A stretch of 64,000 bases of DNA from Pristiophorus japonicus (Eukaryota). The translations under genes and the position numbers were made by a program. The notes beneath the pieces were generated by a model. The model did no database searches, was not told the DNA's origin, and was given only the letters and a program-made list of their open reading frames with translations. Below are positions 1 through 12,334 of this stretch, piece by piece (the first letter of the stretch is position 1; the number at the start of each line of letters is the position of its first letter). The DNA lies in contig NC_091984.1 of NCBI RefSeq assembly GCF_044704955.1, forward strand, positions 148,180,001-148,244,000. The letters run 5' to 3'.

Positions 1-47
1 TTCTGTGACAGTGTTTACTTCACTTTCTTTCCCCATTTCCCCCTCAG

Positions 48-375
48 GTATCAGTGGGGACGTCATCATGACCCAGTCTCCCCCGGTGCTGTCAGTGAGT
101 GAGGGACAGACTGCAACCATCACCTATACCGCCAGTGCATCCGCCAGCAATGATGTTCATTGGTACCAGCAGAAAGCCGGGCAGAAACCCACTCTGCTGA
201 TCTATAATGCAGTATCTCGTTTCACTGGAACCTCCAATCGCTTCACCGGCAGTTACCAGTCCAACACGTACACCCTGAGCATCAGCAACGTGCAGAGAGA
301 AGATGTCGCAGTCTATTACTGTCAGCAATATTACAGCTCCCCTCACGTTCAGTAAAGGAACCAAGCTCAGACTGA
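48..375 (+). pseudogene. IGKV: Ig kappa (NS4-type) pre-joined V-J exon, out-of-frame pseudogene
   Basis: Splice acceptor ccctcag/48, leader remnant GISG, then DVIMTQSPPVLSV..WYQQ..DVAVYYCQQYYSSP. J (LTFSKGTKLRL, 342-375) abuts V in a shifted frame with no RSS. Donor gtaagt at 376. Cys23 codon is TAT (125-127), J motif FGxG is FSKG, and the V frame stops at TAA 353-355. Confidence 0.95.
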
Positions 376-499
376 GTAAGTAAACCCCAATGCTCCGTTA
401 TTAACACTTTAAATACTGAATCTTTCCAAGACACAAATGCTGAATATGCGAAGGTGTTAGTTTACATATGATTACACTCGAGCCTCCCGTCTTTTCTCA

Positions 500-890
500 T
501 CTAAATCTATCAGCATATTCCCTTCTCCCTCATATCCCTGTCTAGCCTCCCCTTAAATACATCGATACTATTCACTTCAATCACTCCCTGTGGTAGCCAG
601 TTCCACATTCCCACCACTCGCTGGGTAAAGAATTTTCTCCTGAATTCCCGATTGGATTTCTTGCTGACTATCTTATATTGATGGCCTCTAGTTCTGCTCT
701 TCCCCACAAGTGGAAACACTCTCTCTGTATCCACTCTATCAAAACCTTTCCTCATGTTAAAGAACTCGATCAGGTCACCCCTCAGCCTCAAGAGAAAAGA
801 GCCCCAGCCTGTTCATCCTTTCCTGATATGTACACCCTCGCATTTCTGGTCCCATCCTTGTAAACCTTCACTGCACCCTCTCCAGTGCCT
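500..890 (-). mobile_element. CR1 LINE 3' fragment
   Basis: RLRGDLIE..SRTRGH..FFTQRVV..WN, typical of the CR1 ORF2 C-terminus. Confidence 0.9.
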
Positions 891-1424
891 GTGTATGGGT
901 TATATAATATGGTGGAGAGCTGCGGTGAATGAAAGGGTTAATTGAAGAGTGCTGTGTATGACAGGGAGCCCGGCTGTGTTCCTTTACCCACACTCCCCCT
1001 TCACCCAGCAAAGTATAAGTAACGAACTGTTACCCACCGTGTGGAGGAGATCTGGACGTTGGCACACTGCGGTCCCATCCCTGCACCATCCCCGGAAATC
1101 GGTCCCGAGCCTCCTGCCTGTCTCAGTGTGACAGACACGGTGTGTGAGACACGGGCAGAGTGTGGGTGTGAGTGAGTGAGCTCGCTGGGGGCAGTCTGTG
1201 CTCCTGTCACAGTCTCTGATATAACTGAGCTCAGCCTCAGCACACTGACACTCCCGAGGTCCCGCCTCCCCCAGCTCCAACTCTGATCTGTCCAGCCCCC
1301 GCTCACCTCCTGTCCAACTTCTGATCACAAACAGGGGCAGCAGGGCTCGCAATCCGGCGGCTGCAGTGCTCCAGGGTTGTGGGGAGACTCTCAGTTGCTG
1401 TTTCTGTGGCTCGAGTTCAGCATG

Positions 1425-1625
1425 ATATTTATCCCGCAACCTACATCGCTTAAAAATCTCAATTACCTCATTGTTGTGTGTGGGAGCTTGCTGTGCACAA
1501 ATTGGTTGCCGTGTTTCCCACATTACAACAATGACCGCACTTCAAAAATGTACTTCATTGGCTGTGAAGCACTTTGAAAAATCTTGAGGTGTGAAAGGCG
1601 CTATATAAATGCAGGTCTTTCTTTA
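1425..1625 (+). mobile_element. DeuSINE (SacSINE1-like) 3' fragment
   Basis: Tail ..tacttcattggctgtgaagc..gaaaggcgctatataaatgca matches the full copy at 7556. Confidence 0.8.
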
Positions 1626-1722
1626 ATTTCTCTTTTCTTTTTATTAACTGGGACTCGCACAATTCCCCTGCTGATTAAACCTGGACCCAGCAGAAAATCC
1701 CCAGATCACGGACTAACGTTCC

Positions 1723-2180
1723 ATAAGAACATGGGAATTAGGAGCAGGAGGAGTCCATTCGGCCCCTCGAGCCTGCTCCGCCATTCAATGAGATCATGGC
1801 TGATCTTCTACCTCAACTCCACTTTCCTGCACTGTCCCCATATCCCTCGATTCCCTTAATATCCAAAAATCTATCGATCTTCGGAATATTCTCAAGGACT
1901 GAGCCTCCACAGCCCTCTGGGGGAGAGAATTCCAGAGATTCACCACCCTCTGAGTGAAGAAGTTTCTCCTCATCTCAGTCCTGAATGGCCGACCCCTTAT
2001 TCTGAGACTGTGACCCCTGGTTCTAGACTCCCCAGCCAGAGGAAGCATTCTCCCTGCATCTACCCCGTCAAGCCCTGTCAGAATTTTGTACGTTTCAATG
2101 GGATCCCCTCTCTTTCTTATAAACACTAGAGAATATAGGCCTAGTCTATTCAATCTCTCCATTGGACAATCCCCCATCCC
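1723..2180 (-). mobile_element. CR1 LINE 3' end
   Basis: CR1 ORF2 C-terminal peptide plus 3'UTR hairpin (ggcccctcgagcctgctcc) and the ataagaac microsatellite tail. Confidence 0.9.
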
Positions 2181-2429
2181 AGATGTCCGCCTGATGTGTC
2201 TGCGTGTTTGTCACATGTGACGGAGCAGACAGCAGGAGTTCCACCAGCAACACAGGACGTTACCTCAGTGCCCGGCCCATTTTCCCCATCCACTTACCTC
2301 ATTCTTACAGGTAAACGGGCTCAGCACCTGCCCTCGGCCGGTGAAATGTCTCCCCTCTACACCACAGGCTGCCTGTGATCTGCTCCCCATCTCACTCCTG
2401 AAGGCACTACCTCTGGGGCACAGCTCCCC

Positions 2430-2655
2430 TCCCCAAGTGTGCTCACTGTTCCAGTGTGAGCACAGAGACTGAGCTCCCCAAGTGGGCTCACTGTCCCAGT
2501 GTGAGCCCAGAGACTGAGCTCCCCAAGTGGCCTCATTGTCCCAGTGTGAGCCCAGAGACTGAGCTCCCCAAGTGGGCTCACTGTCCCAGTGTGAGCCCAG
2601 AGACTGAGCTCCCCAAGTGGGCTCACTGTCCCAGTGTGAGCCCAGAGACTGAGCG
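2430..2655. repeat. 45-bp minisatellite, about 5 copies, in the J-C intron
   Basis: Unit gtgagcccagagactgagctccccaagtgggctcactgtcccagt repeated in tandem. Confidence 0.95.
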
Positions 2656-2719
2656 TGTCAGGCTAATCGACCGTGAGGTGTCAATCGTGGCTCAGTCACT
2701 AGCACGCTCGGCTCTGAGA

Positions 2720-2945
2720 AAAGAAAGACTTGCATTTATATAGTGCCTTTCATGACCACCAGACTACCCAAAATGCTTTACAGCCAATGAAATACTTTTT
2801 GGAGTATAGTCACTGTTGTAATGTAGGAAATGCAGCAGCTAATTTGTGCACAGTAAGCTCCCACAAACAGCAATGTGATAATGACAAAATAAACTGATTT
2901 TGTTTTGTTGATTAAGGAATAAATATTGGCCAGGACACCGGAGTG
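2720..2945 (-). mobile_element. DeuSINE 3' fragment
   Basis: Reverse complement of the SINE tail (agacttgcatttatatagtgcctttc..). Confidence 0.75.
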
Positions 2946-3012
2946 GGATTTGAATTCACAATTTTTAACTCAGAAGCGAGGGTGCTACCAACTGAGCCAC
3001 TTGCTGACACCA

Positions 3013-6000
3013 TTCAGCCTAGCCTCTGTGCCGGCCAACAAAGAGCTATCCAACCTAATCCCACTTTCCAGCTCTTGGTTCATAGCCCTGTGGGTTACGG
3101 CACTTGAAGTGCACATCCAAGTACTTCTTAAATGTGGTGAGGGTTTCTGCCTCGACCTCCCTTTCAGGCAGTGAGTTCCAGACCCCCACCACCTTCTGGG
3201 GGAAAATATTTCTCCTCAACTTCCCTCTACCCACACCTTAAATCTATATCACCTGGTTGTTGACCTCTCTATTAAGGGAAATCGGTCCATCCTAGCCACT
3301 CTATCTAGGCCCCTCATAATATTATACACCTCAATTAAATCTCCCCTCAGCCTCCCCTGCTCCAAAGAAAATAACCTCAGCCAATCCAATCTTTCCTCAT
3401 AGCTAAAAATTTCCAGTCCTGGGAACATTCTTGTAAATTTCCTCTGTATCCTCTGTGGTGCAATCACACATTTCCTGTAATGTGGTGACCAGAACTGCAC
3501 ACAGTGCTCTTCCTCTGGTCTAAATAGTGTTTTATACAATTATAGCATAACTTCCCTGCTCTTGTATTCCATGCCGCGACTAATAAAGTCAAGTATTCCG
3601 TATGTCTTCTTAACCATCTTATCGACCTGGCCTACTACCTTCAAGGATCTGTGGACCTGCATTCCAGTGTCCCATTATTCCTCTACACTTCTCAGTGTCC
3701 TACCATTTAATGTTTATTCCCTTGCCTTGTTAGCCCTCCCCAAATGCATTACCTCACAGTTCTCTGGATTGAATTCCATTTGCCACTGTTCTACCCACCT
3801 GACCAGTCCATTGATATCTTCCTGCTGTCCACAGCTTTCTTCCTCACTACCAACCGCACGGCCAGTTTATGTATCATCTGCAAACTTCTTAATCATAGAA
3901 AAATAGAAACATAGAAAATAGGTGCAGGAGTAGGCCATTCGGCCCTTCGAGCCTGCAACACCATTCAATAAGATCATGGCTGATCATTCCCTCAGTATCT
4001 CTTTCCTGCTTTCTCTCCATACCCCTTGTCTCATTGATGTACATTGTAAAGAGCTGGGGTCCCAGCAATGAGCCCTGCGGCACTCCACTAGTCACTGCCT
4101 GTCATTCTGAAAAGGACCCGTTTATCCCAACTCTCTGCTTCCTGTCTGCCAACCAGTTCTCTATCCACATCAGTATATTACCCCACATACCATGTGCTTT
4201 GATTTTGCACACCAATCTCTTGTGTGGAACCTTGTAGGGGATCATGTCCCCGACGTTGAAGTAGAAACATATAAACATTGAAAATAGGTGCCGGAGTAGG
4301 CCATTCGGCCCGTCGAGACTGCAACACCATTCAATATGACCGTGGCTGATCATGCACTTCAGTACCCCATTCCGGCTTTCTCTCCATACCCCTTGATCCC
4401 TTCAGCCGTAAGGGCCACATCGAACTCCCTTTTGCATATATCTAACGAATTGGCCTCAACAATTTTCTGTGGTCGAGAATTCCACATGCTCAGAACTCTC
4501 TGAGTGAAGAAGTTTCTCCTCATCTCGGTCTTAAATGGCTTACCCGTTATCCTTCGACTGTAACCCTTGGTTCTGGACTTCCCCAACATCGGGAACATTC
4601 TTCCTGCATCTAACCTGTCCAATCCCGTCTGAATTTTATATGTTTCTATGAGATCCCCTCTCATTCTTCTAAATTCCATTGAATATAAGCCTAAATCATT
4701 GGTGTATATTACAAAGAACAAGGGACTTAGTACTGAGCCCTGCGGAACCCCACTCGAAACAACCTTCCAGTCAAAAAACACCCGTTGACCATTACCCTTT
4801 GCTTCCTGCCACTGAGCCAATTTTGGATCCAACTTGCCACTTTTCCTTGGATCCCAAAGGCTTTTACTTTTCTGCCACGTGAGACTTTGCCAAAAGCCTT
4901 GCAAAAATCCATGTATACTACATCAAAGGTGCAACACTCATCGACCCTCCTTGTTATCTCCGCAAAAAATTCAATCAAGTTAGTCAGGCACGACCTTCCC
5001 TGAACAAATCCGTGCTGACTGTCCTTGATTAATCCGTCCCTTTCTATCTGATAATTTATCCTCTTCCTCAGAATTGTTTCTAATAATTTTCCCACCACTG
5101 AGGTTGAGCTGACTGGCCTGTAATTACTCGGTCTATCTCTTTCTCCGTTTTGAAACAAAGGTACTACGTTAACAGTCCTCCAGTCTTATGACACCACACC
5201 TGTAGCTAGAGAGGATTGGAAAATGATGGTCAGAGCCTCCGCTACTTCCTCCCTTGCTTCTCTCAACAACCTGGGATACATTTCATCCAGGCCTGGTATT
5301 TATCCACTTTCAAAGCTGCTAAGCCCCTTAATACTTCCTCTCTCACTATGTTTATCTCATCTAATATTCACACTTCTCCTCAATTACAATGTCTGCATCG
5401 TCCCTCTCTTCTGTGAAGACAGATGCAAAGTATTCACGAAGAACCATACCCACATTTTCCGCCTCCACACACAGGTTACCTTTTTGTTCTCCAATAGGCC
5501 CAACTCTTTTCTTAGTTATCCTCTTGCTCTTTACGTATTTAAAAAACATCTTTGAGTTTTCCTTGATTTTACTTGCCAATATTTTTTCATGCCTTCTCTT
5601 TGCATTCCTAATTTCCTTTTCAATTTCACCCCAGGACTTTCTATACACCTCTGGGCTTTCTGCAGTATTTGCTCTGGGTATCTGACATAAGCGTCCCTTT
5701 TTTGCCTTATCCTACCCTGTATGCCCTTCGACATCCAGGGGGCTCTAGATTTGGGAGTGCCACCCTTTTCCTTTGTGGGAACATACTTGCTCTGAACCCT
5801 CACTATCTTCCCCTTGAATGCCTCCCACTGCCCTGACACTGATTTACCTTCAAGTAGCTGTTTCCAGCCCACTTTTGCTAAATCACCTCTCAGCTGAGTA
5901 AAATGGGCCTTTCCACAATTGAGAACCTTTATTCCTGCTCGATCTTTGTCCTTTTCCATAACTACCCTAAATCTAACTGAATTATGATCACGAGCATCAA

Positions 6001-6355
6001 AATGCTCTCCCACTGATACCCCTTCCACCTGCCCAGCTTCATTCCCTAAAACTAAGCCCAGAACCGCCCCCTCCCTTGTTGGGCTTGCTAAGTACTGGCT
6101 ATAAAAGTTCTCCTGAATGCATTTGAAGAATTCTGCGCCCTCTATTCCATCCCAGTTAATGTGAGGGGAGTTGAAATCCCCGACGATTGCTGCCCGATTG
6201 TTTTTGACCTTCTCAGCAATTTGCTGACATATTTTCTCTTCTATCTCCCTCTGACTGTTGAGGGGTCTATAGTACACTCCCAGCAGTGTGATCGCCCCTT
6301 TTATGTTTATCAGTTTAACCCATATGGCCTCATTTGATGATCCTTCTAACATATC
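3013..6355 (-). mobile_element. Degenerate CR1 ORF2 (endonuclease+RT) with nested CR1 3' fragments at about 3896-4690
   Basis: LGVYYRP, IVGDFN, DHN (endonuclease); NYRPVS, QHGF..SCLTNL, GVPQGS (RT); multiple frameshifts; internal atagaa tails mark the nested copies. Confidence 0.9.
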
Positions 6356-6359
6356 CTCC

Positions 6360-7080
6360 AGAGTTGCCGTCTTTCAGATGAGACGTTAAACCGAAGTCCC
6401 GTCTGCCCTCTCAGGTGGACATGAAAGATCTCATAATCACTATTGGAAGGGCAATATTTATCCCACAACCAACATAGTTAAAACCGATGATCTGATCATG
6501 ATCTTATTGCAGTCTGGGAGCTTCATAGAATCAGATAAATTTACAGCATGAAAGGAGGCCATTCGGCCCATCGTGTCCACACCGGCCGACAAAGATCTAT
6601 CCAGCCTAATCCCACTTTCCAGCTCTTGGTCCATAGCCCTGTGGGTTACGGCACTTTACGTGCATATCCAAGTACTTTTTAAATGTGGTGAGGGTTTCTG
6701 CCTCTACCACCCTTTCAGGCAGTGAGTTCCAGACCCCCACCACGCTCTGGGTGAAGACATGTCCCCTCAAATCCCCTCTAAACCTCCCACCAATTACTTT
6801 AAATCTATGCCTTGGTTGTTGACCCCTCTGCTAATGGAAATAGATCCTTCATATCCGCTCTATCTAGGCCCCTCATAAGTTTATACACCTCAATAAGGTC
6901 TCCCCTCAGCCTCCTCTGTTCCAAAGAAAAGAAACCCAGCCTATCCAATCTTTCCTCATGGCTCAAATTTTCCAGTCCAGGCAACATCCTCGTAAATCTT
7001 CCTGTGTGCAATTGGTTATAAAGCACCTTGGGACATCCTGAGGTTGCGAAAGGCGCTATATAAATTCAAAGGCTTTCTTT
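6360..7080. mobile_element. DeuSINE remnant (+) interrupted by a CR1 3' fragment (-, about 6526-7000)
   Basis: Deu core gccgtctttcagatgagacgttaaaccga at 6367; SINE tail resumes near 7000; CR1 peptide in between. Confidence 0.75.
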
Positions 7081-7555
7081 CATTGAAGTGGGAGGGCCCT
7101 GATCCTGACCCTCGCCCATTGTCCGCGCACTCTGACCTTCCAGGAGGTCATGGGATCATTGGGAGCAGTGACCCTGCCTGACCCCGGAACATTGAGGCTA
7201 ATTGTAGCCTCACCCTTGACCTCACCGCAGTGCTAGGCAGCAAGCTTTTAAATGCAATCTAGAAGCTTCTACACCGACCCCCAACATGAAGCCTTGCTGA
7301 AGTGTGTTTATACAAGTGTGCCGCAATGTTCCCGGATAAAGTTCTCCCGATCTGTGTGTGATCTGAGCTTTCTCACTGCTGAGCCTGTTTCCCCTGTATC
7401 CACCCATCCACAGTTCGAGCTTCCTGCCAGTGAACAGCGTCTTAACGGGACACTCAGTCTTTACTGACTCTTACTGTTAACCATTTCAGTGCTGAATGTG
7501 TGCCAACCCTGCACTGCAGATGTTTACACAATAGTCCAATATGATTTTGAGTATC

Positions 7556-8020
7556 TGCCGTGGCTCAGTGTGTTGCACTCTCGCCTCTGAGTCAGATGGT
7601 TGTGGGTTCAAATCCCACTCCAGGGACTTGAGCACAAAAATCTAGGCTGACATTCCAGTGCAGTGCTGAGGGGACACTGCACTGTCGGAGGTCCTGTCTT
7701 TCAGATGAGACGTTAAACCGAGGCCCCGTCTGCTCTCTGAGGTGGATGTAAAAGATCACATGCCACTATTTCGAAGAAGAGCAGGGGAGTTCTCCCCGGT
7801 GTCCTGGTTGATATTTAACCCTCAACAAATATGACAAAAGAAAAGATTATCAGGTCATTATCACATCGCTGTTTGTGGGAGCTTGTTGTGCGCAGATTGG
7901 CTGCTGTGTTTCTCACATTACAACAGTGACTACACTCGAAAAGTACTTCATTGGCTGTAAAGCGTTTGAGATGTCCGGTGGTTGTGAAGGGCGCTATATA
8001 AATGCAAGCCTATCTTTTTT
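7556..8020 (+). mobile_element. Full-length tRNA-derived DeuSINE (SacSINE1-like)
   Basis: Pol III A box (tggctcagtg) and B box (ggttcaaatcc), Deu domain as in AmnSINE1 (gtctttcagatgagacgttaaaccgagg), tail ggcgctatataaatgcaag. Confidence 0.85.
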
Positions 8021-8264
8021 TTTAATCACCTTAACATCAAACGCATTTATATTTAGATTAAACGTATCAAGCGAGGCAAAGAAGATTAAGAATTAGTGTT
8101 GCTCACCTCTAATGGTTAATCACCAGCCAGGAGTTCATTAACCCAGGTCTCCGTTATCAGATGTGAATTATCCCCACACGGAAACACCCACAGTGACACA
8201 CACACACACACACGCATACACATACTAATATACACCTATTAAACATCATTCTCCTCCCTTTCAG

Positions 8265-8593
8265 AACGAGGGAAGACAACACCCACGCTGACCCTGCTGC
8301 CCCCCTCCCCGGAGGAGGTCACGACCAAGGGCACTGCCACCCTGGTGTGCCTCGCCGATCACTTCTACCCCGATGCGGTGGAGGTGGAGTGGAAGAAGGA
8401 CGGGGCGACCATTTCGGCCGGGGTCCAGACCAGCGACTACCTGCGAGCTTCGGACAACACCTACAGTGTCAGCAGCCTGCTGACCCTCTCTGGCTCCGAC
8501 TGGGAGTCCAACGCCAGCTTCTCCTGCAGCCTCACCCACGAGAGCCTCTCCTCTCCCCTCAGCAAGGGGGTCAGGAGAGCAGAATGTGCGTAG
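8265..8593 (+). CDS. IGKC: Ig kappa constant exon (intact reading frame)
   Basis: Acceptor ctccctttcag/8265, phase compatible with the J donor. PTLTLLPPSPEEVTTKGTATLVCLADHFYP..EWKK..YSVSSLLTL..FSCSLTHE..AECA*; both domain Cys, the Trp and the penultimate interchain Cys are present. Confidence 0.96.
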
Positions 8594-8752
8594 TGTGTCA
8601 GGGACAGTCCGCGGGGGAGACACAACTTTAAATAGAACAGGGGGTGAGCCGGGAGGCCAAAGGTCATTGTCAGCACTGCATTTCTACTCTCTTCCTTCTC
8701 GGGACCGGGTCAGAGAAAGCATCTGAGGGTCAGGGGATAAGGCACGTTATTG

Positions 8753-8895
8753 GGGCAGTGTCGAGGGAGCTTTACTCTGTATCCAACCCGTGCTGTACCT
8801 GCCCTGGGAGTGTTTGATGGGACAGTGTAGAGGGAGCTTTACTCTGTATCTAACCCGTGCTGTACCTGCCCTGGGAGGGTTTGATGGGACAGTGT
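8753..8895. repeat. About 67-bp tandem repeat (2 copies) in the kappa 3' UTR
   Basis: gagggagctttactctgtatc(t/c)aacccgtgctgtacctgccctgggagtgtttgatgggacagtgt repeated. Confidence 0.85.
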
Positions 8896-8910
8896 TGACT
8901 CGTGCTGCCA

Positions 8911-9191
8911 AATAAAACCTCTCGAAGATGCTGAAGACTGTCAGCAGAGTAAAACTGATGTTAAACTGTGAAGTGCCGCTTCAGTAAGCAGATCCCCTCC
9001 CTGCTCACCCTGCTGTTTCAATTCAAGGTTTTGTCCCCGTTTAAAGGGACAGGATTCTCACGGTGTGGAGAAAATCCTCACAACTGTTTTAATAAAGCTG
9101 CATTCTCCCTGTGAATGTCTCCAGCTCGCTCTCGCTGGGCTGTTTATTCAAGTCTTGTTTCTGTAAATGTGAATCTGTAAAAGGCAATAAA
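8911..9191 (+). terminator. Candidate poly(A) signals of the kappa transcript (AATAAA at 8911, 9091, 9186)
   Basis: Three AATAAA hexamers 0.3-0.6 kb after the C stop; which one is used is unknown. Confidence 0.55.
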
Positions 9192-9699
9192 CGTGAAGAA
9201 TATTCAGTCTGTGTCTGGCGAGTGCTTTGGAAATGTCCCACCTCCCCCTCAGCTGGATTGGCTGCATTTCAGTAAGTGTCTGTCCTGATTGGCTGGGCGG
9301 GCTGTCAATCAATGGCACGTCAGCAGGAGATTTGATTCAAAGCCAATTATCAATCATTTTAAAATGATCAATTTTACCTCGAGCCCCTGGAGTGCACAAG
9401 ATTAAACACAGAGACACTGAAAGCTGCTGGGATTAAACCCTCCCAGTCTGAGCATTGGCTCTCACTCTGCACACTGGGGGTGTTGGGACAGCTCCCGATG
9501 GTGGGATCGCACTGTGCACTCTGTGTGCTGACTGCTGGGAGCAATCTGGGGACAGGAGGCCACAGTCACAACGTTGCATTCTCTCTCCTTAACGTGTGGC
9601 TCGTGGCAGCAGCACAAAACTGTACCGAGTGAGGCCTCAGCTTAGGGAGAGGAGCAGTCAGTGTATCACCGTGTACATGTCCCTGAGTGTTAGTGTGGC

Positions 9700-12162
9700 T
9701 TACCTAGCACCGCCTGTAGGTGTGTGTGTGTGTGTGTGAGTGTTACCCAGCACCGCCTGTAGATGTGTGTGTGTGTGTGTAACTGTTACCCAGCACCGCC
9801 TGTAGAAACATAGAAATGCAGAAAATAGCTGCAGGAGAAGGCCATTCGACCCTTCGCGTCTACACCACCATTCAATAAGATCATGGCTGATCATTCCCTC
9901 AGTACCCCTTTCCTGCTTTCTCTCCATATCCCTTGATCCCTTTAGCCGTAAGAGTCATATCTAACTCCCTCTTGAATATATCTAACAAACTAGCCTCAAC
10001 AACTCTCTGTGGAAGAGAATTCCATTTGCTCACAACTCTCTGAGTGAAGAAGATTCTCCTCATCTCTGTCCTAAATGGCTTACCCCTTATCCTTAGACTG
10101 TGACCCCTGGTTCTGGACTTCCCCAACATCGGGAACATTCTTCCTGCATCTAACCTGTCCAGTCCTGTCAGAATTTTATATGTTTCTATGAGATCCCGTC
10201 TCATTCTTATTAACTCCAGTGAATACAGGCCCAGTTGATCCAATCGCTCCTCATATGTCAGTCCTGCCATCCCGGGAATCAGTCTTGTGAGCCTTCGCTG
10301 CACTCCCTCAATAGCAAGAACATCTTTCCTCAGATTAGGAGAACAAAACTCAACACAATATTGCAGCTGAGGTCTCACCAAGGCTCTGTACAACTGCAGT
10401 AAGACCTCCCTGCTCCTGTACTCAAATCCCCTAGCTCTGAAGGCCAACATGCCATTTGCCTTCTTCACCGCCTGCTGTACCTGCTTGCTAACCTTCAATG
10501 ACTGTAATACCATGACATCCAGGTCTCGTTGCACCTCCACTTTTCCTAATCTGCCGCCATTCAGATAATATACTGCCTTCCTGTTTTTGGCACCAAAGTG
10601 GATAACCTCACATTTATCCACATTATACTGCCTCTGCCATGCATTTGCCCACTCAACTAACCTGTCCAAGTCACCCTGCAACCTCTTAGCATCCTCCTCA
10701 CAGCTCACACCGCCACCCAGTTTAGTGTCATCTGCAAACTTGGAGATATTACACTCAATTCCTTCATCTAAATCATTAATATATATTGTAAATAGCTGGG
10801 GTCCCAGCACTGAGCCCTGCGGCACCCCTGCCTGCCATTCTGAAAAGGACCCGTTTATCCCGACTCTCTGCTTCCTGTCTGCCAACAAGTTCTCTCTCCA
10901 CGTCAGTATATCACCACATTACCACGTGCTTTAATTTTGCACACCAATCTCTTGTGTAGGACCTTGTCAAAAGTCTTTTGAAAGTCCAAATACACCACAT
11001 CCACAGGTTCCCCTTTGTCCACTCTACTCGTTACATCCTCAAACATTCCAGAAAATTTGTCAAGCTTGATTTCCCTTTCATAAATCCATGCTGACTTGGA
11101 CTGATCTTGTCACTGATTTCCAAATGCGCTGCTATTTCATCTTAAGTAGGTGTTTGTGTGTGTCTGCCTGTTACCCAGCACTGTCTGAAGGTTGTGTGTG
11201 TGTGTATATGTGTGTGACTGTTACCCAGCACTGTCTGTAGGTGTGTGTGTGACTGTTACCCAGCACTGTTTGTAGGTGTGTGTGTGACTGTTACCCAGCA
11301 CTGTTTGTAGGTTGTGTGTGTATGTGTGTGTGTGACTGTTACCCAACACTGTCTGTAGGTGTGTGTGTGTGTGTGACTGTTAGCCAGCACTGTCTGTAGG
11401 TGTGTGTGTGTGTGACTGTTACCCAGCATTGTTTGTAGGTTGTGTGTGTGTGTGACTGTTAGCCAGCACTGTCTGAAGGTTGTGTGTGTGTGTGTATGTC
11501 TGTGACTGTTACCCAGCACTGTCTGTAGATGTGTGTGTGATTGTTACCCAGCACTGTTTGTAGGTTGTGTGTGTGTATGTGTGTGTGACTGTTACCCAAC
11601 ACTGTCTGTAGGTGTGTGTGTGTGTGTGTGTGTGTGACTGTTACCCAGCACTGTTTGTAGGTTGTGTGTGTGTATGTGTGTGTGACTGTTACCCAGCACT
11701 GTCTGCAGGTGTGTGTGTGTGTGACTGTTAGCCAGCACTGTCTGTAGGTGTGTGTGTGACTGTTACCCAGCACTGTCTGTAGGTGTGTGTGTGTGTGTGA
11801 CTGTTACCCAGCACTGTTTGTAGGTTGTGTGTGTGTATGTGTGTGTGACTGTTACCCAACACTGTCTGTAGGTGTGTGTGTGTGTGACTGTTAGCCAGCA
11901 CTGTTTGTAGGTTGTGTGTGTGTGTGACTGTTAGCCAGCACTGTTTGTAGGTTGTGTGTGTGTATGTGTGTGACTGTTACCCAGCACTGTCTGTAGGTGT
12001 GTGTGTGTGTGACTGTTAGCCAGCACTGTCTGTAGGTGTGTGTGTGTGTGTGACTGTTACCCAGCACTGTCTGTAGGTGTGTGTGTGTGTGTGACTGTTA
12101 CCCAGCACTGTTTGTAGGTTGTGTGTGTGTATGTGTGTGTGACTGTTACCCAACACTGTCTG

Positions 12163-12203
<41 letters not shown>

Positions 12204-12258
12204 CTGTTAGCCAGCACTGTCTGTAGGTGTGTGTGTGTGTGTGTGTATGTGACTGTCA
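9700..12258. repeat. (GT)n-rich compound minisatellite (9700-9803 and 11146-12258) split by a CR1
   Basis: Unit gactgttacccagcactgtctgtag(gt)n, more than 20 copies. Confidence 0.95.
9804..11145 (-). mobile_element. 5'-truncated CR1 (RT domain to 3' end)
   Basis: ORF 9899-10888: GVPQGSVLGP..FADD..RPQLQYC..; 3' tail at 9804. Confidence 0.93.
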
Positions 12259-12334
12259 TGGCAGCCTGAGGATGCTCCAGCTCCTGGGGGGGCTCGGGGG
12301 TCAGTAGGGTAGGTGGAGGGGGGATCAGGGGGCG

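Noticed and set aside
7556-7630. tRNA gene
   Set aside because: The A/B boxes belong to a SINE head; no complete cloverleaf.
8189-8216. CACAGTG heptamer 70 bp upstream of C kappa (analog of the intron RSS used with KDE)
   Set aside because: Followed only by (CA)n with no credible nonamer at 12 or 23 bp, and no partner RSS found; expected by chance.
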